Origin: Candidatus Zhuqueibacterota bacterium
GTDB taxonomy: Bacteria; Zhuqueibacterota; Zhuqueibacteria; Thermofontimicrobiales; Thermofontimicrobiaceae
Assembly: GCA_049322915.1 (NCBI GenBank)
Contig: JBMOPW010000013.1
Location: forward strand, 1 to 64,000
Direction: 5' to 3'
Length of the DNA stretch: 64,000 nucleotides
The position numbers and the translations under genes are program-made. The notes under the pieces are model-generated. The model made no database searches. It was not told the DNA's origin and saw only the letters and a list, made by a program, of their open reading frames with translations. Below are positions 1 to 10,369 of this stretch, one piece after another (position 1 is the stretch's first letter; every line of letters begins with the position of its first letter).

Positions 1-33
1 GAAAAACTCAACATAGTGTGATAAATTTACTAA

Positions 34-194
34 CCTGAATTATTCATGAACTTGCTCAGAATTTGAGTCAACATTGAGATTTTCAATTAGCTAAAGGCTA
101 AGCTATTTTGAAACTCAGTTTTTATACATTTATTCCAAAAAGAGCACCATTCAGGTTAGCCAGCCTAATCTAAAAATACTATGAATAATGCAGG
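34..194. mobile_element. 161-bp MITE, copy 1 (IS1380-like ends, family tentative)
   Basis: 14-bp TIR CCTGAATTATTCAT / ATGAATAATGCAGG (13/14 match); flanked by 4-bp direct repeat CTAA (30-33, 195-198); 151/161 identical by manual alignment to 17539-17699; no ORF. Confidence 0.9.
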
Positions 195-446
195 CTAAAT
201 GACGTTGTAGGGTTAATATCCCCCAACTGATGGCTTAGGCTTAGCTCTTTCCCGGCGAAGAACGTGAAATGTATTCGATTTAACTATCATCCTCGCAAAA
301 CAAGATTCCGGTCATACGTGCGGCCGGGCGGCGATTGGAATGAGACTCCGCTGGTGAGAAATTTCTGCATGATGGGAATGAAACGATCTGCCTTTTCTTC
401 TGAAAAACAATCGGGCCAACGCGGACAGGCTGAATGCGCACAGTGG

Positions 447-475
447 AATATAAACGGCGCATGCTACAAAGTCAA
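447..475 (-). promoter_or_regulatory. putative sigma70 promoter, leftward
   Basis: minus strand TTGACT-N17-TATATT. Confidence 0.45.
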
Positions 476-537
476 GCACAAAGTACAGCGTTCCCCGGAC
501 TGACATGCGTCTCGCCGCGGTCACTGCTAAATTTTTA

Positions 538-566
538 TTGACATTCAGCCGCAAAGTTAGTATTTT
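538..566 (+). promoter_or_regulatory. putative sigma70 promoter for the 659 gene
   Basis: TTGACA-N17-TATTTT. Confidence 0.5.
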
Positions 567-658
567 CAGATCGTCTACGCCGCAGATAAATTGGCATAAC
601 ATGCCTAGTGTTTCCCGGGCATGTCCCTGTTATTTCGATTAAAACTCACGAGGACGCA

Positions 659-1258
659 ATGAATATTCCCTGGTTGTTCCGCTCAAACAAAACGCTGCCG
701 ATGCTGTTGTTCCTCTTCCCTGTCATCTTCTCCTGCGCGACAACTCAACCCATCAATGATTTTTTCGGCATCGGCATGGATGAATCCCAATTCGATCACT
801 TCATCATCAATTCCTATTCCGTGGAGAAAGGGGTCAGCTACGAAAGCACCGCGGACATGAATCCCCTGATTTATGCCTGGGCTGAAATCGAAGCCAATAA
901 AATTCGCATCAAAGTGGTCAACGACACCAACGATCCCATCGCCATCAACTACAATCTCGATCGGTTCACACTGGTCACTACCCGGGATGAAGAATTCATC
1001 CTGAGCAAAGGCCAGTCATTTGATTATCCCAAACAGACGAAAATCGCTCCCAATAATTTTTTTGAATTTGTGATGAACCTGCCCTCGGATTTCTGGAGCA
1101 CGGTGGGGATGACAGATCAGCAGTCCGTCACTGCCAATTACACCAAAGAATTCTGGACCGGCAATAATAAATTATCCATTCTCAAAGAAAATTTGAAGGT
1201 CATCCGAATTTCGTTGGCCGGCAAATTGACGCTTTATCTGAAACCCGTCGTTCTTTGA
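659..1258 (+). CDS. hypothetical lipoprotein
   Basis: ATG at 659 after GAGGA; hydrophobic stretch ending in lipobox-like IFSC. Confidence 0.7.
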   Translation: MNIPWLFRSNKTLPMLLFLFPVIFSCATTQPINDFFGIGMDESQFDHFIINSYSVEKGVSYESTADMNPLIYAWAEIEANKIRIKVVNDTNDPIAINYNLDRFTLVTTRDEEFILSKGQSFDYPKQTKIAPNNFFEFVMNLPSDFWSTVGMTDQQSVTANYTKEFWTGNNKLSILKENLKVIRISLAGKLTLYLKPVVL

Positions 1259-1367
1259 TTCGACGCTGACGCCGGCGCGGGCTCGATTATATGGCCGGCG
1301 GTCGCATGCAATGCGGACAGTTCATCCGCAGCGTTCACAGAAAAATGATTTTCACATCGGAGAAACC

Positions 1368-1931
1368 ATGTTCAAAAAATCCAGTCTCTGGATCGAAAGA
1401 ATTTCCAACCCCGCCACAATCCTGTTATTGCTATTCCTGTTCGCTGCGTTTCAGTTGATCTTCCAGATTGGCCTCATGCCAAAATTTAAAGCGATCACCG
1501 GCAGCAGCCGATTGCTCGATTTTGAACTGGTGAAATCCGGCGACGACGCCCACGAAATCATCAGCGGTTACGGCGAACAGGGGAAGCATCTTTATAACTA
1601 CATCCAGCTCGTTGACACATTTTATCCGATAGCTTACTCGTTGCTGTTAGCAACGCTCATCTGCTTTCTCCTGCATGGCCTCGCGCAACGGTTGAAACCG
1701 ATATGCCTTCTGCCCCTGACCGGCGCGCTATTCGACTACACCGAAAATTTCGGAATTTTCCTGATGCTGCGGATTCACCCGGAACCGATTCAGCCCATCG
1801 CCAGCGCCGCGCACTGGATGTCCCTGGGGAAATTCAGCCTGATCGGATTGAGCATTTTCATCATCCTGATCCTGGGGTTGCGCCTGGTACTCAAATTCAT
1901 GCAGCGCCTTATCAAGGTCAGCCATCCATGA
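1368..1931 (+). CDS. hypothetical multi-pass membrane protein
   Basis: GGAGA RBS before ATG 1368; about 4 hydrophobic segments; DxxYP and DYxEN motifs. Confidence 0.7.
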   Translation: MFKKSSLWIERISNPATILLLLFLFAAFQLIFQIGLMPKFKAITGSSRLLDFELVKSGDDAHEIISGYGEQGKHLYNYIQLVDTFYPIAYSLLLATLICFLLHGLAQRLKPICLLPLTGALFDYTENFGIFLMLRIHPEPIQPIASAAHWMSLGKFSLIGLSIFIILILGLRLVLKFMQRLIKVSHP

Positions 1932-2692
1932 TGCGCGTCGCCGGAATCGATGCTTGCCCCGCAGGCTGGTTCGCTGTCGTCTGCGACGGTCAGGGCAACT
2001 GGACGTGCGAAATTCACGAAAACGCCCAAGCCTTATGGGAACGAAATCGCCATCTTTTTCTGATATTGATCGATATTCCCATTGGCCTGCCGTTCGAGGT
2101 GAAACGCCAATGCGATTCGGAGGCCCGAAAAATCCTTGGACGCAGGGCATCGAGCGTGTTCCCTGCGCCTTCGCGCGAAGCAGTCCGGGCGAAAACCTAC
2201 GAGGAGGCCTGCCTGAGAAATATGGAGGTGCTGGGTAAAAAGATATCCCGGCAAACCTGGAACATCTCGCCGAAAATCCGCCAGGTGGATGATCTTTTGC
2301 AGAGCGATCTTTCTGCCAGAGCGACGCTGCGGGAGTCCCATCCGGAAATCGCTTTCGGGACGCTGAACACCGGGGCGGTCTTATTCCACAGCAAGAAAAC
2401 ACCGGCGGGCCTCGGGGAACGCCTCCGCATTCTGGCAGCGCATCATTCCCAGGCTGAAAAAATTATGAACCACGCCGCTCAGACTTTTTCACGCAAGGTT
2501 CTGGGTCTCGATGATATTCTCGACGCGCTCTGCCTGGCCGTGACTGCCATGCAACCTCCGGAATCTCTCGTCACCTTGCCGGAATTCCCTCCCCTGGACA
2601 AACTCGGTTTGCCCATGGAGATTGTTTATTCTAACACCTTCATGCACACGGCGTTGCGCGGCTCAGATCCGAAAAATTCACCGCTGCACTGA
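1928..2692 (+). CDS. DUF429 family protein (predicted RNase H-fold nuclease)
   Basis: N-terminal GIDACPAGW, IDIPIGL, ESHPE and DDILDA motifs; ATGA overlap with the upstream gene. Confidence 0.8.
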   Translation: MMRVAGIDACPAGWFAVVCDGQGNWTCEIHENAQALWERNRHLFLILIDIPIGLPFEVKRQCDSEARKILGRRASSVFPAPSREAVRAKTYEEACLRNMEVLGKKISRQTWNISPKIRQVDDLLQSDLSARATLRESHPEIAFGTLNTGAVLFHSKKTPAGLGERLRILAAHHSQAEKIMNHAAQTFSRKVLGLDDILDALCLAVTAMQPPESLVTLPEFPPLDKLGLPMEIVYSNTFMHTALRGSDPKNSPLH

Positions 2693-2754
2693 CGGTAAAT
2701 TCGTAACAAGTATCTTCGCAATGTACTTGTGAAATATCAAATATGGAGTCCATT

Positions 2755-4422
2755 ATGAACTATCTGAAACTGATGCCCGCTCTTTTCATCCTGATGATCG
2801 CCCTGTCCTGCGCCACTCAGAGCGCGAATCAGGACGTGGCTGATCTCATTCTCTTCAATGGAAAAATTTTCACTGTGGATTCAAATCATCCCTGGGCCGA
2901 AGCCTGCGCCGTCAAAGACGGGAAATTTATTGCGGTGGGCGATTCGAAAACCGTCAATCAACATGCCGGCGGAGCCACCGAGCGAATCGATTTGCAGGGC
3001 CGGCTGGCGCTTCCCGGCTTCAACGATGCGCACGTCCATTTTTCCGATGGCGGATTTTATCTGTCAGGCATTGAATTGCGCAATGCCGGCGACGAAGCTG
3101 ACTTCGCCCGGAAGATCAAAGACTATGTCGCTGCGATCCCGAAGGGTGAATGGATTCTCGGCGGGAATTGGGATCATGAAGTCTGGCCTTCCAAAAAGCA
3201 TCCGACAAAGGAACTCATCGATGACGTCACCAGAGATCATCCGGTTTTTGTCCAGCGACTGGATGGGCACATCGCCCTGGCCAACAGCCTCGCGCTGAAA
3301 ATGGCCGGTATCACCAAAGATACACCCAATCCGCAGGGCGGCGAAATCACCAAAGATAGCCGAACCGGCGAACCCACCGGGATTTTGAAGGACGCGGCCC
3401 AGAGTCTCGTCTCCGCCGTGATTCCGGCCTACACTCGGGATCAGGTGAAACGGGCGATTCTGGCGGCCATGCGTCACGCCAATGAATGCGGCCTGACCAG
3501 CATCCAGGACAATAGCTCGGCTGTGGACTACGACATTTATCAGGAGCTTTTGACTAACGGCGAATTGACTCTCCGCGTGAATGCCTGGCGTCCCATCAGT
3601 CTTTATGAAGAATTCGCGCAGCAGGGCATTTCACCGGCGCACGGGAACGATATGCTCCGACTGGGCACCATGAAGGTCTTTTCCGATGGATCCATGGGCG
3701 CCGGCACGGCGCTGTTTTATGAGCCTTATCAGGATGATCCATCCACGTGCGGGCTGCCCATTTACCAGGAACAGGAGTTGTACGAACTCATTCAAAAAGT
3801 CGATAAAACAGGACTGCAAATAGCCGCGCACGCCATCGGCGACAAAGCCAATGCCTGGATGCTGAACGCGTTTGAAAAGGCGTTTGCGGCTAATGGCCGA
3901 CGGGATGCCCGGCATCGCATCGAGCACTCGCAGGTGGTTCTGCCGCAAGATATCCGGCGATTCCACGATCTCGGCATCATCGCATCCATTCAGCCATCGC
4001 ATTGCATCGACGATATGCGCTGGGCAGAGAAGCGCATCGGCGACCGGGTGCAGCATTCGTATTTGTTCAACTCGTTCGTTAAAGCGGACGTGCACATCGC
4101 GTTCGGCACGGATTGGGCCGTGGAACCGCTGAATCCAATGCTGGGACTTTACGCCGCCGTCACGCGGGAATTCCCGGATGGCGGCCCGGTCGGCGGCTGG
4201 TTCCCTGATGAAAAAATCACACTGGCAGAGGCTATTGAGTTTTATACCCTGGGAGCTGCCTATGCCGAATTTCAGGAAAATGTCAAAGGCACTATCCAGG
4301 TCGGAAAACTGGCCGATCTGGTGGTGCTGGATAAAAATCTGTTTGAAACGCCGCCCCGCGAAATTCTCACGACCAAAGTGGACATGACCCTGCTGGCAGG
4401 AAAGGTGGTTTTCAAACGGTGA
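2755..4422 (+). CDS. amidohydrolase_3 / YtcJ-like metallo-amidohydrolase, probable lipoprotein
   Basis: PGFNDAHVH, HAIGD, RHRIEH, FGTDW and GKLADLVVLD motifs; lipobox ALSC; GGAG RBS. Confidence 0.9.
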   Translation: MNYLKLMPALFILMIALSCATQSANQDVADLILFNGKIFTVDSNHPWAEACAVKDGKFIAVGDSKTVNQHAGGATERIDLQGRLALPGFNDAHVHFSDGGFYLSGIELRNAGDEADFARKIKDYVAAIPKGEWILGGNWDHEVWPSKKHPTKELIDDVTRDHPVFVQRLDGHIALANSLALKMAGITKDTPNPQGGEITKDSRTGEPTGILKDAAQSLVSAVIPAYTRDQVKRAILAAMRHANECGLTSIQDNSSAVDYDIYQELLTNGELTLRVNAWRPISLYEEFAQQGISPAHGNDMLRLGTMKVFSDGSMGAGTALFYEPYQDDPSTCGLPIYQEQELYELIQKVDKTGLQIAAHAIGDKANAWMLNAFEKAFAANGRRDARHRIEHSQVVLPQDIRRFHDLGIIASIQPSHCIDDMRWAEKRIGDRVQHSYLFNSFVKADVHIAFGTDWAVEPLNPMLGLYAAVTREFPDGGPVGGWFPDEKITLAEAIEFYTLGAAYAEFQENVKGTIQVGKLADLVVLDKNLFETPPREILTTKVDMTLLAGKVVFKR

Positions 4423-4544
4423 GAAGCGCGTCAGTTGGCGCGCCTGGGCAGACGGTAGAAAATTCCATGCCTCACGCGTCCCGTTGTGGGAGAGTCATCA
4501 GTGCGGAATTTAATCATGAAAAATTATCCAGGAGGAATACCTGC

Positions 4545-5402
4545 ATGAGCCGAACCATCAAAATTGCGTTGATCCAGCAACATGCCACAACGAATAGCGA
4601 CGACAACATCCAACGCGGCGTGGCTGCCTATGAATCTGCAGCAAGGCGCGGCGCGCAACTCATCGCATTCGCGGAACTGGGATTGACTCATTTTTATCCC
4701 CGGCATCCGGCGACCGGCGACGTCGCGCGATTCGCCGAACCCATTCCCGGGCCGACCACGGAGTTGTTTTCCGCGCTGGCCAAAAAGTGGGCGACCGTGA
4801 CCGTGCTCAATCTCTTTGAGAAGCAGGGCGGCAGGACGTTCGACGCCTCGCCGGTGATTGACGCCGATGGCGCGCTGCTGGGCGTCACGCGCATGGTCCA
4901 CATTTTTGATGCGCCCTGTTTTTTCGAAAAAGGCTATTATTCGCCTGGTCAAAATGCGACTCCGGTGTACGACACCGCTATCGGAAGAATCGGTGTGGCC
5001 ATTTGTTACGACCGCCATTTTCCCGAGTACATGCGGCTATTGGGACTGTCGCGCGCCGAACTGGTGGTTGTGCCCCAGGCCGGCGCGGTAGGAGAATGGC
5101 CGGCCGGTCTGTTTGAAGCGGAAATGCAGGTGGCCGGATTTCAGAACGGGTACTTCACAGCGCTGTGCAATCGCGTGGGCCGGGAGGATTGCCTGACGTT
5201 CGAAGGCAAATCCTTCGTCACTGCGCCGGACGGGCGAATTTTAGCCCAGGCGCCGGCTGGCGAAGATGCCATCCTGTTTTGCAACATCGACCTCGACGAA
5301 ATCGGGCAGTCTCATGCGCGCCGGCATTTTTTGTCCGATCGCCGGCCAGACCAGTATCGCGCCATTCTCGATGAGGCGGAGCCGGGGAATCCTGCCCGGT
5401 GA
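4545..5402 (+). CDS. carbon-nitrogen hydrolase (nitrilase superfamily, N-carbamoylputrescine amidase-like)
   Basis: FAEL and ICYDRHFPE motifs, NRVG, C-terminal DRRP; AGGAGG RBS. Confidence 0.88.
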   Translation: MSRTIKIALIQQHATTNSDDNIQRGVAAYESAARRGAQLIAFAELGLTHFYPRHPATGDVARFAEPIPGPTTELFSALAKKWATVTVLNLFEKQGGRTFDASPVIDADGALLGVTRMVHIFDAPCFFEKGYYSPGQNATPVYDTAIGRIGVAICYDRHFPEYMRLLGLSRAELVVVPQAGAVGEWPAGLFEAEMQVAGFQNGYFTALCNRVGREDCLTFEGKSFVTAPDGRILAQAPAGEDAILFCNIDLDEIGQSHARRHFLSDRRPDQYRAILDEAEPGNPAR

Positions 5403-5505
5403 ACGCGCGGAGATGGCAGAGCGCATTTCCACCGACCGGATTCGCGTTTCGGAAATAGATGTTACAACGTCCCTGATTCACATGGCGCAGCATCCGGAAT
5501 ATTCG

Positions 5506-5596
5506 CCAGCGCGGGCGATGACTGGCGCCGTTCGGGATGAATATCCCGAACGATCGGTTGGCAGTCTTAGTGCACTACAAATGATTCAACAGTTAC
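5506..5596 (+). repeat. palindromic intergenic repeat family B, partial copy
   Basis: CCAGCGCGGGC..CCGTTCGGGATGAATATCCCGAACG..ACTACAAATGA..GTTAC matches 40987-41098. Confidence 0.75.
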
Positions 5597-5648
5597 TATT
5601 TCTTAAATTCAATTCAAAAAATCAGCTATCAGACGAAACGAGGAGTGA

Positions 5649-7691
5649 ATGGAATTAAAAGAACATGATTACAGTTTTGACCCGCTGCACGGTCATCCGG
5701 ACAAGCGAACCAATGTGAAAGGATGCAGCTATTTTTTTCTCGGCAATGGATTCATTCAGACAGCAGTTCAATACAATAAAAGCGACGAGCCGCTGACCCC
5801 CCTGGGTCTGCTGATCATGGATCCCACGCAATTCGGACACAAATCCGACGCCTTCTCTTTCGATGAACAATCCGGTCTGGAGCGCACCATGATTGGCATC
5901 GAGATTGGCGGGACTCTCTTTAAGCCAACAGCGAAAAATCTCTCGATGAAGTGGGAGCCGCAATCCGTCATTCCCACAGTCGCAGCAAACTGGCCGGCCG
6001 GCGCGTGCGCTGTCCATGAACACTTCTACTGTCCCAATCGGCGAACCCCGGCGCTGCTGCGAAAAATTTCCATCAGGAACTCGTCCGGCGAACCGATTGC
6101 CGGCAATCTGCTCATCGACCGGAACATTTCCGACCGTAAAACCGCCATTCAAACACAGTTTCCGTTTGAAATTCCTGTCGGGGAATGCAGCGATTTTTTC
6201 TTCGAGTACGTTATTACCGATCGCCAGAACAATAAAATTTCAGTCGAACTGTTGGCCAAAGAGCCGTCCTCCTCCGACGCCCGCGCCTTCTGGAGCGCCA
6301 TCACCACCATCCAGTTCGAGGACGCCCGGCTGAATCACCTTTTCAACAGCGCCAGAGATCAACTGACGACCGCTATCGCGGCCAACGGCCAGATGGACGC
6401 CAGCACCTGGCAGTACAATCTGGAGTGGGTGCGCGACGCTAGTTTTGTGGCCGAGGCCTGCGCAATGGCCGGCTATTTTGACACGGCCCGGGCCATGCTC
6501 ACCCGGCTGGTCACTGACTTCGTAGACAACGACGGCAGCACTGTCGATAGCGGACGCGTTCGGCCGCTGGAAGAAGTGGAACTGGATCAGAACGGTGTAT
6601 TGCTTCAGGCAATCTGGACATATCGGATGTGGACCGGCGACACACATTTCATCGCCGCCCACTGGGACAAAATTAAACTCCTGGCCGAGTTCCCATTGCA
6701 GGATATTTATTGGGATGCAAAAACCCGGCTGCTGAAAAATTGCCGGGAGCTCTGGGAACGGCATCGCGCCTTTGGCGTCACGAGTGGTTATGAACTCGCG
6801 TATCAGGTTTTCCCGGTCATTGGGCTGAGCCATGCAGCGGCCATGGCCAGAGAGATGGACGATCCGCAACTGGCCGAGCGCTGGCAGAAGGCGTCCGATG
6901 AAATCAGGCAGGCCATGCTTTTTCACCCCACGTTCGCGATGGTCAGCGACGGGCATTTCATCAAACGCCGAAAGGAATCCGGGGAGATACACCGCTATTT
7001 CGAACCGCCGGATAAATCGATTCTGCACGACGGCGTGCCGCTCAAGGAATTAGACGCCAACGCCGTTGATCCGGATACCGCCGCGACATTTGCCATTTTT
7101 AATGACGTGGTTGATCCGCGCGGCCCGATTGCCACGAACACGCTGGCCCAGCTTGAGTTGCTTTGGAATCAGACATGGGACCATGGCGGCTACGCCCGCT
7201 ACAACGTCACCTCCGAAGCCGATATCGCCGGGCCGTGGCCTTTGGCGACGGCTATGATGGCGCGGGCCTATCTCGAAAACGAAAATAGTGACAAAGTCCG
7301 GCGCGCCCTGGACTGGCTGTTCGAGATTTCCGCGGACACGGGCAGCTACCTCGAAATTGAACATTATGGTTTCAGGCCATCGCCGCCCATGCCACCATTG
7401 GGGGTCATTACCTGGTCCTGGTCTGAATTGGTCACGTTTTTCATTCATCACCTCCTCGGGATTCGGCCGCTCAAAGATAAAATCATCATCCGTCCCAGGC
7501 TGCTCTCATTGGCGCACAGCGTGAAAGCCCGAGTTCGAATTCGCGACCATTATCTGACCCTGCACCTGCACAAACAAGCAGACGCGAAAAAGCCTCTGGC
7601 CATTATCAATCGCGACACGAAAACTGATTTCACCGGCCAGTTGACATTGCCCTACATGGCTGCGGATTATTTTGTCGAAATTTCCATTTGA
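5649..7691 (+). CDS. six-hairpin glycosidase, GH15/glucoamylase-like
   Basis: WVRD and ELWER motifs; (alpha/alpha)6-type C-terminal region; GAGGAG RBS. Confidence 0.7.
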   Translation: MELKEHDYSFDPLHGHPDKRTNVKGCSYFFLGNGFIQTAVQYNKSDEPLTPLGLLIMDPTQFGHKSDAFSFDEQSGLERTMIGIEIGGTLFKPTAKNLSMKWEPQSVIPTVAANWPAGACAVHEHFYCPNRRTPALLRKISIRNSSGEPIAGNLLIDRNISDRKTAIQTQFPFEIPVGECSDFFFEYVITDRQNNKISVELLAKEPSSSDARAFWSAITTIQFEDARLNHLFNSARDQLTTAIAANGQMDASTWQYNLEWVRDASFVAEACAMAGYFDTARAMLTRLVTDFVDNDGSTVDSGRVRPLEEVELDQNGVLLQAIWTYRMWTGDTHFIAAHWDKIKLLAEFPLQDIYWDAKTRLLKNCRELWERHRAFGVTSGYELAYQVFPVIGLSHAAAMAREMDDPQLAERWQKASDEIRQAMLFHPTFAMVSDGHFIKRRKESGEIHRYFEPPDKSILHDGVPLKELDANAVDPDTAATFAIFNDVVDPRGPIATNTLAQLELLWNQTWDHGGYARYNVTSEADIAGPWPLATAMMARAYLENENSDKVRRALDWLFEISADTGSYLEIEHYGFRPSPPMPPLGVITWSWSELVTFFIHHLLGIRPLKDKIIIRPRLLSLAHSVKARVRIRDHYLTLHLHKQADAKKPLAIINRDTKTDFTGQLTLPYMAADYFVEISI

Positions 7692-7999
7692 ACCGATAGA
7701 ACAAATTGATTGTCTTCGTGTCTTAAAAATGAAATCTTCAGTGGAGTAGCAAGCATGAGCAGGAACAATCAACTGACGGCTGGCATCCCACGCCACGTAT
7801 TTTCTGAGGCGCAGCATCAGAGGAGCAATTGCTATCGCTTCCACAACGATGCTGTCCAGCACTTTATCGTGCCAGGGGTGACAGATCCCAGCCACACAGT
7901 TTTCACCCGACCTGGACGGGCTGAAGCGGACAACCCACCGCGCACTGCAGCGCGGGAGTCCACTGTCGCCTCGGACGCGCGCCCGAATACTTATAAAGG

Positions 8000-8509
8000 A
8001 TGACCACCCCAATGTTGACAGACGCCGCGCATAAGAACTGGTGGCAGACCTTCGAAGTGGTTTTTGGCATTCCTTTGCTTGCTGCCATCGTTCTGCAACT
8101 GGCTGCGCCCCTCTCGCTGCCCCGTGGAATCCTCACGCCAGCCATCATCCCCGGCGGCGCAGTCCTCACTATCGCTGGCGTGGTCATTGTCATCCTGGCG
8201 CGTCGGGAGCTTGCGCGGCATGGCCAGCCGACCGATCCCATGCATCCGACAAACAAGGTCGTCACGACAGGCGTTTTCTCCGTCTCAAGGAATCCCCTCT
8301 ACCTCGGCGGCGTTTGCATTCTGGCGGGGATCGCGCTGCTACTCAATTTTCCCTGGGAACTGATGCTGCTCCTCCCGGCGCTGGTCGCCTGCCACTACGT
8401 TCTGATAGCGCCGGAAGAACGGTACCTCGCCGCCAGGTTCGGCAAGGAATATTGTTCGTACGCTGCCTCAGTTCATCGTTGGATTGGCCGCGTATGGCGT
8501 CCGGGGTAA
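8000..8509 (+). CDS. isoprenylcysteine carboxyl methyltransferase / PEMT family membrane protein
   Basis: VTTGVFSVSRNPLYLG and EERYLAARFGKEY motifs. Confidence 0.88.
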   Translation: MTTPMLTDAAHKNWWQTFEVVFGIPLLAAIVLQLAAPLSLPRGILTPAIIPGGAVLTIAGVVIVILARRELARHGQPTDPMHPTNKVVTTGVFSVSRNPLYLGGVCILAGIALLLNFPWELMLLLPALVACHYVLIAPEERYLAARFGKEYCSYAASVHRWIGRVWRPG

Positions 8510-8743
8510 CAGCGCAATCGGAACAAGCCGCCCAAGAATCTATTCCAGAATTGCGGTTTGGCTGCTCCCCCATTCCCAATTCGGTCCATGCACATCAGCG
8601 GCAAAGAGTATCCGGCGGATGGATTCTCATCGCGCCATTGTACTGGTTCGTATATTGATTTCACATCCTTTTATTCAACGAAGCGCGCTGTTTTTTATGC
8701 TCAACGCGCTGACATTCTCCCACTTTAAAAACAGGAGTCACTG

Positions 8744-9634
8744 TTGAAACTACTGCTCATTTACAACGCCTTTTCCGGGCATGGCCGGGCAAGACGAATA
8801 CTGCCCGAAATTCAAAAAATATTTCTGCACAAAGGTATTGACCTCGATGTAAAATTGACAAAGTACCCCAAAAACGCCACGGAGATCGCCCGTGAAACTG
8901 ACTTCGCCGAATACGATGGCCTCGTTGCCGGCGGCGGCGACGGCACGCTGTTCGAAGTGATTAACGGCTATTTCCGCAATAAAAGCTCCCGGCGAATTCC
9001 CCTCGGCGTCCTGCCGGTTGGCACAGGGAACGCCTTTGCCCGCGATCTGGATCTGGATAACACGCGATGGCTGGAGGCCATCGACATCATCGCCGGCAAC
9101 AAACCCCGCAAAGTCGATGTCGGCCTGTTCAAAACCGAGAGGGACGACTATTATTTCATCAATATCCTGGGTCTCGGTTTCGTCTCGGATGTGACCAATA
9201 CAGCACTGTCCCTGAAAATTTTTGGCAATGTATCCTACCTCCTCGGCGTGTTCTATCAGACGATCTTTCTGAAAACCCACATCCTGCATATTGAGATCGA
9301 TGGGCAGATGTTGGAGCGCAATAATATTTTTGTCGAAATTTCCAATACGCGCTACACCTCGAATTTTCTCATGGCGCCCTCGGCCCAATTCGATGACGGC
9401 TTTTTGGACGTCACGTTGCTAGGGAAAATCTCCCGCACCAAGCTGCTCCGCACACTACCCACGGTTTTCACCGGCGAGCACGTCCATGTCAAGGAGGTGG
9501 AGACGTTCAAAGCCAAACATATTCGCATCGCGACCAGTATTCCGAAAACGCTCACCCCGGACGGCGAGGTGCTGGAACAGACACCCATCGATGTGACCTG
9601 TCTGCATCACGCCATCGAAGTATTTGGCCGATGA
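8744..9634 (+). CDS. diacylglycerol/sphingosine kinase family lipid kinase (YegS/BmrU-like)
   Basis: GGGDGTLFEVING, LPVGTGNAFA, DDG and DGE motifs; TTG start with AGGAG RBS. Confidence 0.9.
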   Translation: MKLLLIYNAFSGHGRARRILPEIQKIFLHKGIDLDVKLTKYPKNATEIARETDFAEYDGLVAGGGDGTLFEVINGYFRNKSSRRIPLGVLPVGTGNAFARDLDLDNTRWLEAIDIIAGNKPRKVDVGLFKTERDDYYFINILGLGFVSDVTNTALSLKIFGNVSYLLGVFYQTIFLKTHILHIEIDGQMLERNNIFVEISNTRYTSNFLMAPSAQFDDGFLDVTLLGKISRTKLLRTLPTVFTGEHVHVKEVETFKAKHIRIATSIPKTLTPDGEVLEQTPIDVTCLHHAIEVFGR

Positions 9635-10344
9635 ACCAGGCCGCATTCCAGAAATGGTTGCCGGCGTCCCTGTTCGGAAAAGACGCCGGAAAAACAACCA
9701 TTGTCCTGATGCTGGCCTGCCTGCTGCCCACAATCCATCGCTATTTCTGCAGCCCCGGCATGGAGCGGAGCTTCATCGCCTGGCGCGGCGACACATCCCA
9801 CGCCATCGGAATGTTCGTCAGCGCGCTGGCGCTGTTCGGCCTGGCGCCGATGGCAGTCATTTGGTTCTGGTTCCGCCAGCCTCTCTCCGACTACGGCATA
9901 GGAATTGGCCAGTGGCGGACCTGGCTGCCGGCGACGATGATTTTGTACGTGATCATTGCCGTCGCCATACTTTACCCGGCCTCAAAATCCGAAGCCATGC
10001 GCGCCTTTTACCCGTTTGATCGGAGCGCCACAGATGCCGTCAGCTTCCTTCGCACCCAATTATTGCGCGGGGTATTTTTCTATTCCGCATGGGAATTCCT
10101 GTTCCGCGGATTTATCCTCCGGGGATTGAATGACGCTGTCGGTGAATGGACGGCCATTTGCATTCAAACGATTCCGTCCTGCCTGTGGCATATCGGATTC
10201 CCTGCCGCTGAAATTTTTTCATCCATCCCGGCAGGGATTTTGTTCGGTGTCCTGACCATCCAATCCCGATCGATTCTCTGGGCGTTCCTGTTGCACTGGC
10301 TTATCGGTTTCACCCTGGATTTTTTCATTGTACTTTTTCCTTAA
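9631..10344 (+). CDS. CPBP family intramembrane glutamic endopeptidase (CAAX/Abi-like)
   Basis: WEFLFRG, LWHIG and LLHW motifs; several TM segments; ATGA overlap. Confidence 0.85.
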   Translation: MNQAAFQKWLPASLFGKDAGKTTIVLMLACLLPTIHRYFCSPGMERSFIAWRGDTSHAIGMFVSALALFGLAPMAVIWFWFRQPLSDYGIGIGQWRTWLPATMILYVIIAVAILYPASKSEAMRAFYPFDRSATDAVSFLRTQLLRGVFFYSAWEFLFRGFILRGLNDAVGEWTAICIQTIPSCLWHIGFPAAEIFSSIPAGILFGVLTIQSRSILWAFLLHWLIGFTLDFFIVLFP

Positions 10345-10369
10345 CACTTAAGCGAAACGACCTGATCCC

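Noticed and set aside
7900..8600. integron cassette around the methyltransferase gene
   Set aside because: TAAC follows the stop, but no matching attC inverted structure or integrase was found.
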